Shown: piece by piece, positions 53,001 to 64,000 of the stretch
Position numbering within the stretch: the first letter of the stretch is position 1
Layout: the number at the start of each line of letters is the position of its first letter
Assembly (NCBI GenBank): GCA_963924565.1
Contig: OZ004613.1
Span: 19,902,001-19,966,000, forward strand
Origin: Ascidiella aspersa
Lineage: Eukaryota
Direction of reading: 5' to 3'
Length of the DNA stretch: 64,000 nucleotides
Program-made: the position numbers and the translations under genes
Notes under the pieces: generated by a model
Databases searched by the model: none
Told to the model about the DNA's origin: nothing
Seen by the model: only the letters and a program-made list of their open reading frames with translations

Positions 53001-56000
53001 TGGGAAACACTGCAAAAAATAAAAGAAATCTATACTGTATTGTTGAATTAATCTCGCGATTACACTTTGTTTTCACAGCTGGACATGTGATAATATTTTG
53101 ACTACGTCATTGAAGTGCTTCCACGAAACTCCAATTAAAAAATATTGTTCGACAAAAGGGCCAATCACAAGCTTTATGCTGGTTCCGCCCCAAAAATCCT
53201 CGCTATGCTGTATCTGAGGGAACGCGTATAAACATTACAAGGGAACAGGTCTAAACCTTTTAACCGAAATCAAACAAGCGAATAACCAACAATAAACAGA
53301 TATACAAAAAAGCCTAAGTTAAGATGTTCGATGTTTTTACAGAATGAACATTTAAAGTTGTGTTGTTTTTCATTTGGAGTGTTATTTTACTGCCTTATCG
53401 ATAAAATGTTGAAAAAATCCATCGTCTCGTTGATCCCGTAAAGTTCTCGCAACTAATGTAAGTGTCCAATGTTTGAGGTCGCATTAACCATAAAAATAAC
53501 ATGATTTAATATTTATCACAAAACACCCACCTGCTAACGCCGATTGTGTAAATGCTGTTGATATATCCGTCACAAGAGCAACTGTCCTTGTTGTGTCCTC
53601 CATTTCCTGATGCCCAAATGTAAATGGCACCGAGTCCGTTTCGACCAGTTTTCGCACCCTTTTCAAACGCGTGCTTGGCCATTGCACCAGGGCCTGAGGT
53701 TTAGGTAATCAATTTGGAATATTATTTTAATGTCAAGCTGCAATACAGCAAAGGTCCACATCTCTTATGTGAAATAACGATATTTTAAAGCATTATGGTT
53801 TGAGGTTGTAGTAAGACGTAATGAGAATATCAAAGCCAATACAGAAGTAGGTATTATTTTGAACGTTTCGAATAAATCTTTATTCATTTTTAACATAGAG
53901 AGAAGGCACTGATTGTCTTTCTGACGTCTGTCTCAGCAGTATATATAAACTTACAACCAGTGCTTCTCTCTATGTTGAAATTTAATATAGAGTTATTCGA
54001 AACGTTCCCAATGATACCTACTTTTGTATGGGCTTTGATATTCTCATTACGAGGTAATAATAAATCTTGCAAATCATCACAGCTCAGAGATTTCACGTAA
54101 ATTAGGCGGCGACGGTTTGCAAAGTTAAAAGACGAAAAAATGAACTTGTAGCGTAACGAAATCTCATGTTTTTTCGGTTAGGAAGCTGGCAAATGCACCT
54201 TCCACTGTAGTTCCGTCGTCGTCTGGCCCCCAAGAAGAGCTGTAAATGTCGACGTGATGAATCGCGTGATTGAGTGATTCAGCTTCAACCCGATCAGTGA
54301 CCTCGCCGTCCAACATACGAACACCTGTTGAAGAACATATTTAAGTCGCCAGGAAATGGAATACGAAACGCCGCACTTATCGCAAAGACGTTTTTCGCTG
54401 ATATTCGCTCAGATAAACAGGTGTGGATCGCAATGCAATCTCTATGGTTATATATTCACTGCGATACATTTTATGGCAAGGTTGCAAAATGCATAATTTT
54501 GCATAGTGCTACAAATATTGAGCTAGCCACTCGTGTATGTAAAAAGTCTACTTATAAACTCCCCGACTATCCATTCTACCGCCTTGTTTGTGAACACGTT
54601 AGTGGTTTAGCTGCATAATATCACTTGATGGGGTTACCTGGTATTAACATGCAAAGAACGTCGTATATAGAGGACAGTGATAATGGTGAACTAGTAGCTA
54701 TTACTAGCAGTAGATGTGACAGCAATGACCTAATGGAATGGACATTTCAAACTCTTGTTTGCTATGTTTACTTCAAATAAACAATGTCTTGAAGCAAATA
54801 TTTGCTTAAACGACTGAGGACAGATACATGTTGCATCTTGTATATTTTTATGTGGTACCTCCAATTTTTGAACCATATGCCACACCAACACTGCATATAT
54901 AGTTATCATTTTCAGCTGAGACTACACCAGCACATCTGGTCCCATGCTTGTTTTCATTGCGTTCATCATAACGGGGTGTGGGGTCATTATCATGTTCATT
55001 GAGGTCAAGTGATGCATCAGGATCCTGAAATCAAAATCAATAAAACACTTATTTGACCCAGCTTATTTAAAATGTTATTTTAACTCCTATTATAATATTA
55101 TATGAAATGTGCATAATAAATTTATTTTTAAAGAGTTAGGATTTTGCAAAAAATAAATAAACACAAACATAGTTTTTTTGTAAATCAGGGTGCTGTCGTT
55201 CAATCCCATCGTCAAGGATTGTTGCAACGACACCTTCTCCAGTATAACCCGCTCTCCATGCATCCACAATTCTCATGCTACAAGGGCAAAAAGTTGAGTT
55301 TCTATCTCCACAATGCTGCAAAAGATAAAAAAATGGGTTTTTACACAATAAGAATAGCACATGTGCTACCTGATATTATTTTGATCATGAATTATTGCAC
55401 AATTAGACAAACACAACAAAATTAGTTCCTAAAATTTAAATTTGTTTATTACCATATACCACATTTGAGACCAAGAAGGGTCATTCGGAGATCGATTTAA
55501 CAAAACTGCATCACGCTTCACTCGTTTTACTACTTTGAGGCGCTCGACTGCAATTACCTTAGAAGTAAAGTTGTTATTGTTTTACAATAATAAGGAAAAA
55601 TATCTTATTTTTCCAGTTTATTGTTACCTCTGGAGCTCCTGCTAATTGTTTAATCTTATGTATTTGTCTGTTAAATTTTTCAAGTGAGCGCTTTCGAATT
55701 CTTCGGTTTACAAAAATGTACCAATCATCCAACACTGGCATCTTAAAAATGGAATAAAAAGGGTAATGAAAAAAAAATAATAAAACAGGTTGCGGTAAAG
55801 TAAGCTTACTTTGGTTTGATAGATAAAATTAAGCCTCTTAGCTAAAGCTTTTGCAACAGACTCCCCACCAGATATTTCCACTGCGAACTCATTTAAATAC
55901 ATGTTAGGTCTTTGTTCTTCATGATACAGACTTTGATGAGTGTGGTGTCTTCTTTTGGATGCAAAAGAAGATTGGAATACAAGGCACAAACACAATGAAA

Positions 56001-56058
56001 GAAATAATAATGCAAAATGAATGTTGACTCTCCAACGTGGGTGAGGTTTGGAATCCAT
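41087..56058 (-). CDS. PCSK5: Proprotein convertase subtilisin/kexin type 5/6-like (soluble PC5A/PACE4 architecture), 18 coding exons
   Basis: Phase-consistent exons 56058-55810, 55741-55628, 55557-55453, 55315-55169, 55024-54859, 54324-54199, 53693-53531, 53009-52913, 48935-48613, 47965-47780, 47189-47064, 46867-46770, 46433-46276, 45892-45763, 45619-45532, 44961-44743, 43975-43866, 41346-41087. Signal peptide, RVKR cleavage site, [28 protein letters not shown] domain, 5 furin-like repeats, PLAC. Probably a pro-ortholog of PCSK5 and PCSK6. Confidence 0.92.
41976..43012. mobile_element. Middle hAT-type element of the nested stack
   Basis: TIR CAGGGTGGTC...GACCACCCTG; perfect TSD GGCTACAC. 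Confidence 0.88.
42260..42696. mobile_element. Inner hAT-type MITE of the nested stack
   Basis: TIR CAGTGGTTCT...AGAACCACTG; TSD TTCTACGA/TTCTACGC. Confidence 0.85.
43290..43596. mobile_element. hAT-type MITE, family A copy 3 (diverged)
   Basis: CAGGGGTTCTTGAAAC...GTTTAAGAACCCCTG; TSD CTGTAGAA/CTCTAGAA. Confidence 0.85.
44453..44780. repeat. Tandem duplication of a PCSK5-like exon 3' end and its donor
   Basis: Two ~155-175 bp units, each containing tatataacgt..ttcgtta..aaacgacc, aatgtcgta and ctgcaaga..ggcgacgcaggtccggataaaa. Confidence 0.85.
45186..45372. mobile_element. Foldback MITE family F copy 1
   Basis: Arms taagaatatcaaagcccataca / tgtatgggctttaatattctta; homolog at 53790-54051. 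Confidence 0.8.
46586..46728. mobile_element. Short hAT-type MITE
   Basis: CAGTGGTTCTCAACC...AACACTG; perfect TSD GTTTAAAC. Confidence 0.75.
53790..54051. mobile_element. Foldback MITE family F copy 2
   Basis: cgtaatgagaatatcaaagcc...ggctttgatattctcattacg; shares the left flank with the 45186 copy. Confidence 0.8.
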
Positions 56059-57025
56059 TGAAAATGAGGTCACCTAAAGTCCAAAATTCTCTTACAGGAT
56101 CAATTTGCTTCCAATAGTACAGAGCAATTGACTTCCTACAATCAGTTGAACAATTTCCTCTCGTGAAGTCTTTTCTTGGTTTTACCAGGGGAAAGTTAAC
56201 AAACTGCTTGCTTGACAATGACCTAAAAAATTATGGAATAGAGTAAATAGACAATGAAATTGCATATACGTTAGGCCCTGATCTTCTGCAATAAACGTTA
56301 ATCTGTAAAGTAATCCTCATCTATTTTGAGTGTTGTTTCACTGTTGCTAACTTCGTATCCTACGGCTGCCCCGTGATAGAACCGTTATAACTATAATAAA
56401 TTTATTTCAATGTTTAAGCGTATAAATCTGTCGATCTTATCCGTCAATAATACCTCATTGACACACTTCGCAGGTCAAATCAGATGTTCAACTAAATTAT
56501 GCGTGGTCGTAGTTAGTTGCCTGACAATCACAGTCGGCAGCTAAACTAGTGAAAACAAACCCGCACTACCAAAAGTCTCCACGCCTGTCTGTAGTTTCTT
56601 CAATCGGTCGGCTACTACAAAGGCGTCTGGTCGACTCGGAATGGCCTGCAAATTTAAAGCGCACCACATTTCGCGTCAATTGTCGACAACGTTCTGCGTG
56701 GAGCAGACTCTCGCCTGTCGCGCGCCTAGAGAATGGCTTTTAGGGATTGAACCAACGAAAAAGGGGGAAAGACGAGACGGCAACTAGTAAAAGCACTGGC
56801 GACGAGCAATACACAATTAAAGGTAAAGCAACGTGTTATTTGCTTACATTGGATAAAATGTCTTTAACGTTGAGTAAAATCGTAGGAACTGCTCATTACT
56901 GGAATCCGGCTCTTGTCACAGGAAACCGTGTTGAATAAGTGCACATTTAAACTTCACGAAAGATCGCTGGGCCAAATACAACTTTGGTTATGATACTGAT
57001 ACTGATATTAGCTCTTTAGCTAAGT

Positions 57026-57278
57026 CAGGGTGGTTCAAGACAACATATCGGGTCGCAATATTATTCGCGTTGTTTGCGGGACACACGCAGTAAGCTACAC
57101 GAGAGTGCTGTTGATTGTGAAGTATAAGCAGTTTATTTTAACCATTTAAACACAATTTATTAATTGAAAGTTAATCCTTGATTAGTCATTTAGATTGTTG
57201 TCGAATAAAACAATGTTTAAACAACTTCAGCAATATTTTGAGTCTGGCCTGCGGCCAGCATGGATTTGGACCACCCTG
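57026..57278. mobile_element. hAT-type MITE related to 41976-43012
   Basis: CAGGGTGGTTCAA...TTGGACCACCCTG; TSD degenerate. Confidence 0.65.
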
Positions 57279-57923
57279 TACTAAGCAACTAAATGTGCGG
57301 GTTGGAGTAAATACTACAAAGGCTGGCTTTGTATGGTCATCGTATGGCTATTCAAAAATCAAAATTATCCCGAGATGCACTTTGATTTGGTAACAATAAG
57401 GGTTTCAAATAAAATAATATTCTTACCCCAACACATGGAATTATTTAAAGAAAACGTCAAAGATACATCATTACGTGACGTCATAAAACAGCCAACTTCA
57501 AGAAACGCGGTTTCTTAGCAAATGCGGTGCGCAAATTTGAAACTGAAATCTTAGGCTAAACTACATTCAAAGCAACGGCGACAAAGCATTTATGCGAAGC
57601 GAACCTTGTTTACTTCGTATATTTAACTGGCGTATTCGGACCTTTGAACTGTTGGCGTGTGGCGTCGGCCTTCAAAAATGTCTAGTTTTCTAAAAAGAAA
57701 TCACTTACTATTTTTTTGGTATCATTGGGTGACATTTAAAAAAATACCTCCCGAGCTGACTATACCAGAACAATAAATCCCCTGTGCTTCCGAGACAAGT
57801 CGCATCTATCTTTTGCTGTATGTTATCAGTGTTATCACGCAAATCCAACCAATCGATAAATAAATATGTTTAAAAGTGCTGGTGGGGTTGGGGCGCCATC
57901 ACCCGGTTGTAATTGATAATGAG

Positions 57924-58753
57924 TAGGGCGATTATTTTCGACTTGTCAAAAAAACAAAAATATTTTGTTAAAATTTACACGTTAGGTCAAAATCTTTTAG
58001 AAAATTCACAGAAAAAACTAAAAAAAAACTGTGGTTCAGTTTAATATTGTATCAAATTTAACATTTTAACTTTAATATGCAGAATTAATCACGGAGGCCT
58101 GGTTTATCGGAGTTGGTCAGTTCGAACTTCCGTATTTGCTTCAGATATTGAACAGGGGACGTGGCGTTGTTTTGCACAATGTGCGCACGTTTTTAAATGC
58201 GTTAAAAAAATAAGCGCACTTTTTTCAGAATGTGCGCACATTTTAAAATGCTTTTAAAAATGTGCGCACTTTTTTCAGAATGTGCCACATTTTTAAATGG
58301 CTCAATAATGTGCGCACGTCAGAGTGAAGAGTTTTCATTTAAAATGTGTGCACATTCAGAAAAAAGTGCGCACATTTTTAAAGGCATTTTAATGTTGGCA
58401 TCCCCGTCTCCAGATAGTTGTGTATCTCTGATTTGGACAAATGCAGTGAACAACATTTGCTGTCTTTTTTGGTGGTTAATTGCAAATATTTTCTAGTTTG
58501 ATAAATATTCCGTCTTAGCAGTTCTTTTTACCTTGTATTTCAACCCCCACAATTTTCTAAAATAACTAACCTTCTGCTTTTCTTTGGCATTTTTATTATT
58601 TTTGTTTTATTATTATATGCCAAAAATATCAACTCAGCATTAAAAAAAACGCTAATTCAGTCATTTATACAATGCATTGTTTATAACTTTATATCAATGT
58701 ATTCCTACCAGGTCAAAATTGTTAATTTATAAGGTCAAAAAACAATCGCCCTA
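57924..58753. mobile_element. hAT-type element with an internal AATGTGCGCAC repeat cassette (58153-58407)
   Basis: TIR TAGGGCGATT...AATCGCCCTA; TSD ATAATGAG/ATTATGAG. Confidence 0.75.
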
Positions 58754-59106
58754 ATTATGAGGTAACTACAATTTTAAAAAAACATTTGTAATAGCCGTGT
58801 AATTAATTGACAGTTTCTTTTTATTTCAAGTGAAACATTATTGATTAATATGTACAACGAAAACCAGTTGCGAATCTAAGAAAATATTTTCATTTGAAAG
58901 AACATACCGAAGTGTCTTTACTCTTTATACATCATAAAAATTGACTTTGTGTGATCACACCAGTGGTCTAGAGATAGATAGTCTGCGATATTTTTGTAGA
59001 GGCGACAAAACGCTGACACACTTTACTAGAAAAGATGGTCGCCTTTGATAACATAACGTGACCTACAAATGGTGGAAAAGGCCGCTGGTCAAACGAAGTT
59101 AGCCCA

Positions 59107-62100
59107 TCACACGATGCCGTAGAACTTGAGAGAGCGATCCATGCCACAGGAGGCGACAAAGCGCGCGTTGTTTCCGAAGCGCACCCCAGTGGTGAGGGCT
59201 GTGTGCTCCGTGAAGGTCTTCAGCTCCTGCCACTGCTTGCACAGGTAGATGCGAAGATCGCTTCCGGCAACTGCCAGGTACGAGCCGGACTGGTCGAATG
59301 TGAGAGACTTGACCTGTTATAAAAGTGTTTTTTTGAAGACAACGATTAGGGCGCAATGCTATGATTGGGTAAAGAAAGTAGCAAACATTAAAACGTAAAA
59401 AGTCTTTAGTTTCCACCTAAGGGTTATAATTTAACTCGATTGTCAACCAGGGTGGCGCAGCACCCTTGGATGCCATTTCTAATGCTTTTTGTGTTGGATT
59501 AGACCGGATAAAAAAAGTTGTTTAAGAGTTGATGTGTGCTGTTCCAGTTCCGATGTTGTGACATTCTAATGAATTACCAACGGTAAAATCTTGTAGGGGT
59601 GCCGCAATCTATTTATTATTTTTGAGGGGTGCCGCTAGAAATAAAAGGCTGAGAAACGCTAATTTAACTTATATCGTATAAGCATAAAAGTAAAAAGAGT
59701 AGGAAAACGTGTTGACGCTCAAGCAGAGTTAATGGTCAAATAACAATTTCTACAGTAACACAACGCCGCAGACCTCGTATCCCTCGTCCATAGTGATAGT
59801 CTTGAAGTTCTTTAGTTTGCGCAAATCCCAAAGCTTGACGGATGAGTCCTCGGCGGCCGTGGCCAAATAGTACCCGTTCTCGGAGAAAGCGATGTCGGTG
59901 ATGGGACCAGTGTGGCCTGGAAAGTTGGCCACATTCGTACGCTCCTGCAAAACAATATTGCAATTAGGAATTACGCCTGAAACACTAACTAACGACGGTT
60001 AAGATCTGCGCACCCTGGTATTTTATAAAATCTTTTCAAAACCTCATATGCAAAATTACACGGAATTTTACAACATTAAACTTAACATTGTGATTAACAA
60101 CTTATCCTGATCAAAAAACAAGTGACAAACCTTTAAGTCCCAAATCTTGATCTGGTTGTCAACAGTTCCGGTTCCGAAAATTAGACCATCGGGGTGAAAT
60201 TGGGCACACGTCAGTGCTAGAATAAATTGGCAGTTATTAAATCGTCTAGCAGTATTAGAAATTTCCCACTGTAAGAATATTTCGGATGACTGTAGTATTT
60301 TAATTACAAATATGTTAAACCATAAACACAAAAAAATTGGCGGCATTTTGGTGTTACTTTTGAAAATATGCATTATATCTGTTAAATTTAATTGATTTCA
60401 TTGAATCAAATCGACGTTTTTACTAGGCTGCAAAGAGTCATTTTACAATCTTAACAAATTTAAGCACGAAAGACAGTTCATGCACGGTTGCAAACAGTTA
60501 ATTGCCTAAATGTATTTGTACAACCGATGAAGTTTGTTCCGCAGTCAGTAAGTCAGTGATTTTGTTTGCTTGAGGTGCGCTTAATTGTTTTTTTTTTGCC
60601 TTTGGACTTCTAGGGATTATATCGTCGTCGGACAAATGGAGCGGCGACATCACACTGTGCGCTAGTTTCTACCAGGGCTTTGGAGCAGTCGTAAATGTTA
60701 AACGGCTCCGGCTTCAGAGCTCTCTTTTATCATAGGCTAGCTCCAGCTCCGGAGCTTATTGAAACCACTACTCCGGCTCCAGCTCCGGCTTCATTACTTT
60801 AAAAACTGAGGTTTAAGGCTGAACGCTTAATTTGCAATATCTAGCGTTTAAAAATATTCACAAACGAAACACCACAATGGTTAGTTAGAAAAGGTGCGCC
60901 AAAGAGGCAACAATTCTTAATTTCGTGCCATTTAAATTTCACGTAGAGCTCCGGCTCCGTTAAAAATGTACGGCTCCGGGGCTCCGGCTCCGGCTCCACG
61001 CTCCGGCTCACAAGCCCTGGTTTCTACACGGGTTCGGGCACATCTTGAACAGCGCAAAACCAAAAACATAGTTAGCGCAATTATGTGCGTGACCGTAAAT
61101 ATCAAAAAGTTATAGCCTTGGTATTTTTCCTTTACCGTTGCGAAGTTAGGACTTTTATGCCTAATCGCATTTGCAGTATGTTTATTTAATAGCCCACAAT
61201 TTTGACAGAGTTTGCAAAATACCGCGATCATTGCAGCGTTTTTATACCAAATCAGTCTTTATTTTTAAATGGGTTACGGGATTTTCTTATATTAGAATCA
61301 GTTACTGCGTGGCCGTAGGACTCAAATTAAAGCCAATGTTGCGAAGTTAAGACTTTTAAGGTCTGTTTTCAAAAAGGGTGAAATTATAAACCGTAATCAA
61401 ATTAGCCGTTTGCGAAGGCGCCGCTTCATTAAATCTTTACCCGATAACCATTTTGCACCGAAAATACGTATTCCAGTGAAACATGCGCAAATAAAAAAAC
61501 ATATATTTATCGAATGTGTACAGCCAGGTAGTAAAACTTTTAGGGTGAAAGAAACATTTTATGCAGCAACGTTTTCTGTTCGTAGCCTAAGTCATGCAAA
61601 TGGTGGTACACGCAAATCGATAAAGAGTCGGTTTTACATGGGCGTACAGCCAAATGGTCTTCTCTTAATCTTAATGAGTCTCGCCAATAAACGATTTTTC
61701 TCACAGTACTTTACTGAGTTTTTCATTGACTGACACAGAGAACAATCATTTTTAAATTTTTGGTTATAACACGAGGCTAGTAAATTTGGACATGGTACAA
61801 CGTTATATGCAATAGTGGTGATAGCATAACATGATGGATTCTTACATTTTGTTTAACTAGAAAATATTTAGGTGAACCTGGCACATAATCGCGCTTATTA
61901 CAGCGGTAATTAATTAATATCACCGGGACAACGTCAGTAGTCTTTTACGAGTTAAAAAAACTTGTATATATTCTATATAACCTGGGCAAGGCCACGTATT
62001 TCGTCTAGCAGTGTTTTGTCCGTGTATGGTTCTAGGTGAGTCCGCGAGCACCCTTAGTTTTCAATTTTTAATACAATACTATCCTGGTTGCGTACATAGT

Positions 62101-63396
62101 TGAATGCTAGTCACATTAACTTTCACATATCCCAGATGTAACAATCGCGATACACATATTGTTTGCCGACCTTTTCACGTTATGGAGTTTTGCAATCTTT
62201 TCCATTATGAAGTAAAATCTTGAGCTTTTTTGACAAATGTGCTTTAGGTTATTCAGATATAGTTTCGTGGGTAATGGATGACTTTGAAGTCAATTCGTAT
62301 AAAAAATAGTTTGACAAAGTTACATTAATTAGATTAGGCTATTTTAAAATATTTAACAAGTTGAGTAAATAAGAAAAAACAGAACCGGGTTTCGATTTAC
62401 AACGGTTGAGTTGGTAAAGTAGACCTACAAAAGTAAGCTTTGTCGTCGCCTAAAGAAGAAAAAGTTTGTATAGAAGCAAACCATAAAAAGGTTGAAGAAA
62501 ACTCTTGTGTAAAGCGACGTGGCTTTGATCCCACCAATTAAATAAATGATTATTGAATTTGTTAATCTCTTTAACGATAACGAATCGATAGCTAAGTTGC
62601 TTTTTTAAGCTCCTTTTTTCAGCATTGCAACTGAATACCATGCAGAAAAATGGAAATTGTTGTTAAATTATATAAGCATTGATGGATTTAAAGCTAAATT
62701 AAATGCAAGTGTGCATATCAAAAAATAGCCATACTATATCAATTGAAAGACGTTATATATTAAAATGACAACGTCTGAAATGTGTTTATTTCGTTACGAA
62801 AGTGTCGTACCACTGCCAATGGCGTCATCAGTTACTTTGCAAAGAGTTCGTCCAGTTCTGATGTCACTGAATGCCCAGTGCTGATCTTCACTGCAGCTGA
62901 GCAAGTAGTCTCCAAGTGCGTGCAAACTAATACCTGGAGCAAACGCATCATTTCTTTATCGTGTTAGTATTTCCACGGGAGGTACAAAATGTGAATGTTG
63001 GGAATGCGTTGACACTTTCAAGGTAAAACGTTATGTATTTTAAAACCAGCTGTATTTTAAAAACAAAAGACAGTAAACACAATATACATCTACCAGTAAG
63101 GTAACCTAGCATATTGTCGTAAATTGTACTCCAAAGTGCTCGTGAATGTACTTAAGTTTGGAGCGTTTTCGGCTCAATCAACTTAAATTAAACATTTTAA
63201 ATACACTGAAATTTGATCAGGGAATGAAAACATATATGCTACAATTTATAGAATACTGTCATAAATTACACTTATAACACAACAATAACAAACCAGTGAC
63301 TGATTCTTTGTGTGTTTTGATGATTGTCGCACAATGACCATTCTGCACTGACCAGATTCGGACTGTTGCATCAGGAGAACATGTAAAGGCAATGTC
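59107..63396 (-). CDS. PRPF19: Pre-mRNA-processing factor 19, 3' part (WD40 repeats); 5' exons lie beyond the window
   Basis: Exons 63396-63294, 62933-62811, 60216-60131, 59944-59774, 59313-59107. [75 protein letters not shown]. Confidence 0.96.
60673..61019. mobile_element. hAT-type MITE with GGCTCC subterminal repeats
   Basis: CAGGGCTT...AAGCCCTG; perfect TSD GTTTCTAC. Confidence 0.88.
61856..62008 (+). mobile_element. Possible Helitron/Helentron-derived short element
   Basis: Starts actag..aacctggca and ends with decayed hairpin cctgggcaaggccacgt followed by CTAG; degenerate. Confidence 0.4.
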
Positions 63397-63768
63397 CTGG
63401 AAATTATTAAAAATTAGTAATCAAGATATCAGCAACTCTGGTATCGCTGAGCGGCCCTAGCCCTAACGGACTTAAGGCTAAGCATAAAACTTCTGAAGTG
63501 CGTAAAACATTAGGGTTAAAAAATTAATAACACATTATCATTTAAACCAGAAAGGCAACCTGCATGGCGCATAGTCCTGTGGCTGTGGGTCGCATAAATT
63601 GTGCAACATTTGGCGAAGGCCAAAACTTATACACAAAACCAGTTCGTTTTTGTGCCCGAAGAAGAATGCATGGGCATCCCACCCAAGATTGAGACCAGGA
63701 CTGCGGATTAGGTTTGAAACAAACAGAGTCTGGCTCCGGCTCAAGCCAAATAAACTGACTCTGTACAG

Positions 63769-64000
63769 CAGGGGTTCTTCAACTTTTTTTATCGCAGACC
63801 CCTAAAAATTTTTTTTGGCCTTGCGTGGACCACGGTAGGGAAAAAAATAAAAAATTACGTCATAAATTGACGTCACAATACAAATAAACTTCATAAATCT
63901 GCTGATTTCGGTCCAAAAATGTGAAAGTGTGAAATGGAGTCTAAATACATTTAGTGCAAATCCGTTTTATTTTTAACTAAATTGTTTTCTTTGAAAAAAT
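63769..64000. mobile_element. hAT-type MITE, family A copy 4 (truncated by window edge)
   Basis: CAGGGGTTCTTCAAC start and acgtcataaattgacgtcaca core shared with 3416-3745. Confidence 0.88.

Noticed and set aside
56220-59100. PRPF19-PCSK5 operon
   Set aside because: Co-oriented, but separated by over 2 kb containing transposons and a CpG-rich promoter-like region near 56500-56900.
60932-61231. ORF ending in GAGAGAPEP
   Set aside because: Translation of GGCTCC subterminal repeats of a MITE.
61410-61733. 107-aa plus-strand ORF in a PRPF19 intron with faint beta-trefoil-like spacing
   Set aside because: Non-ATG start, no coherent exon chain, similarity too weak to support without a profile search.

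Overview
AT-rich, intron-containing eukaryotic DNA, most likely from an invertebrate chordate such as an ascidian (inferred from compact GT-AG introns, gene content and MITE types; species not identifiable). Exons were assembled by hand using splice phase. Left to right: a DRAM/TMEM150-family gene (+) with a U12-type intron; a BTB + AT-hook + ~13 zinc-finger gene (-) head-to-head with KTI12 (+); a secreted protease with 7 TSP1 repeats and a trypsin domain (-); a poorly resolved secreted-protein gene (-) that may be paralogous to the protease N-terminus; a PCSK5/6-type proprotein convertase (-); and the 3' part of PRPF19 (-). Introns are dense with non-autonomous DNA transposons, many with 8-bp TSDs and some nested three deep. 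The strongest new observation is a second, ORF-track-invisible terminal exon for the convertase that encodes an alternative PLAC domain. No rRNA, tRNA, CRISPR array or intact transposase was seen.
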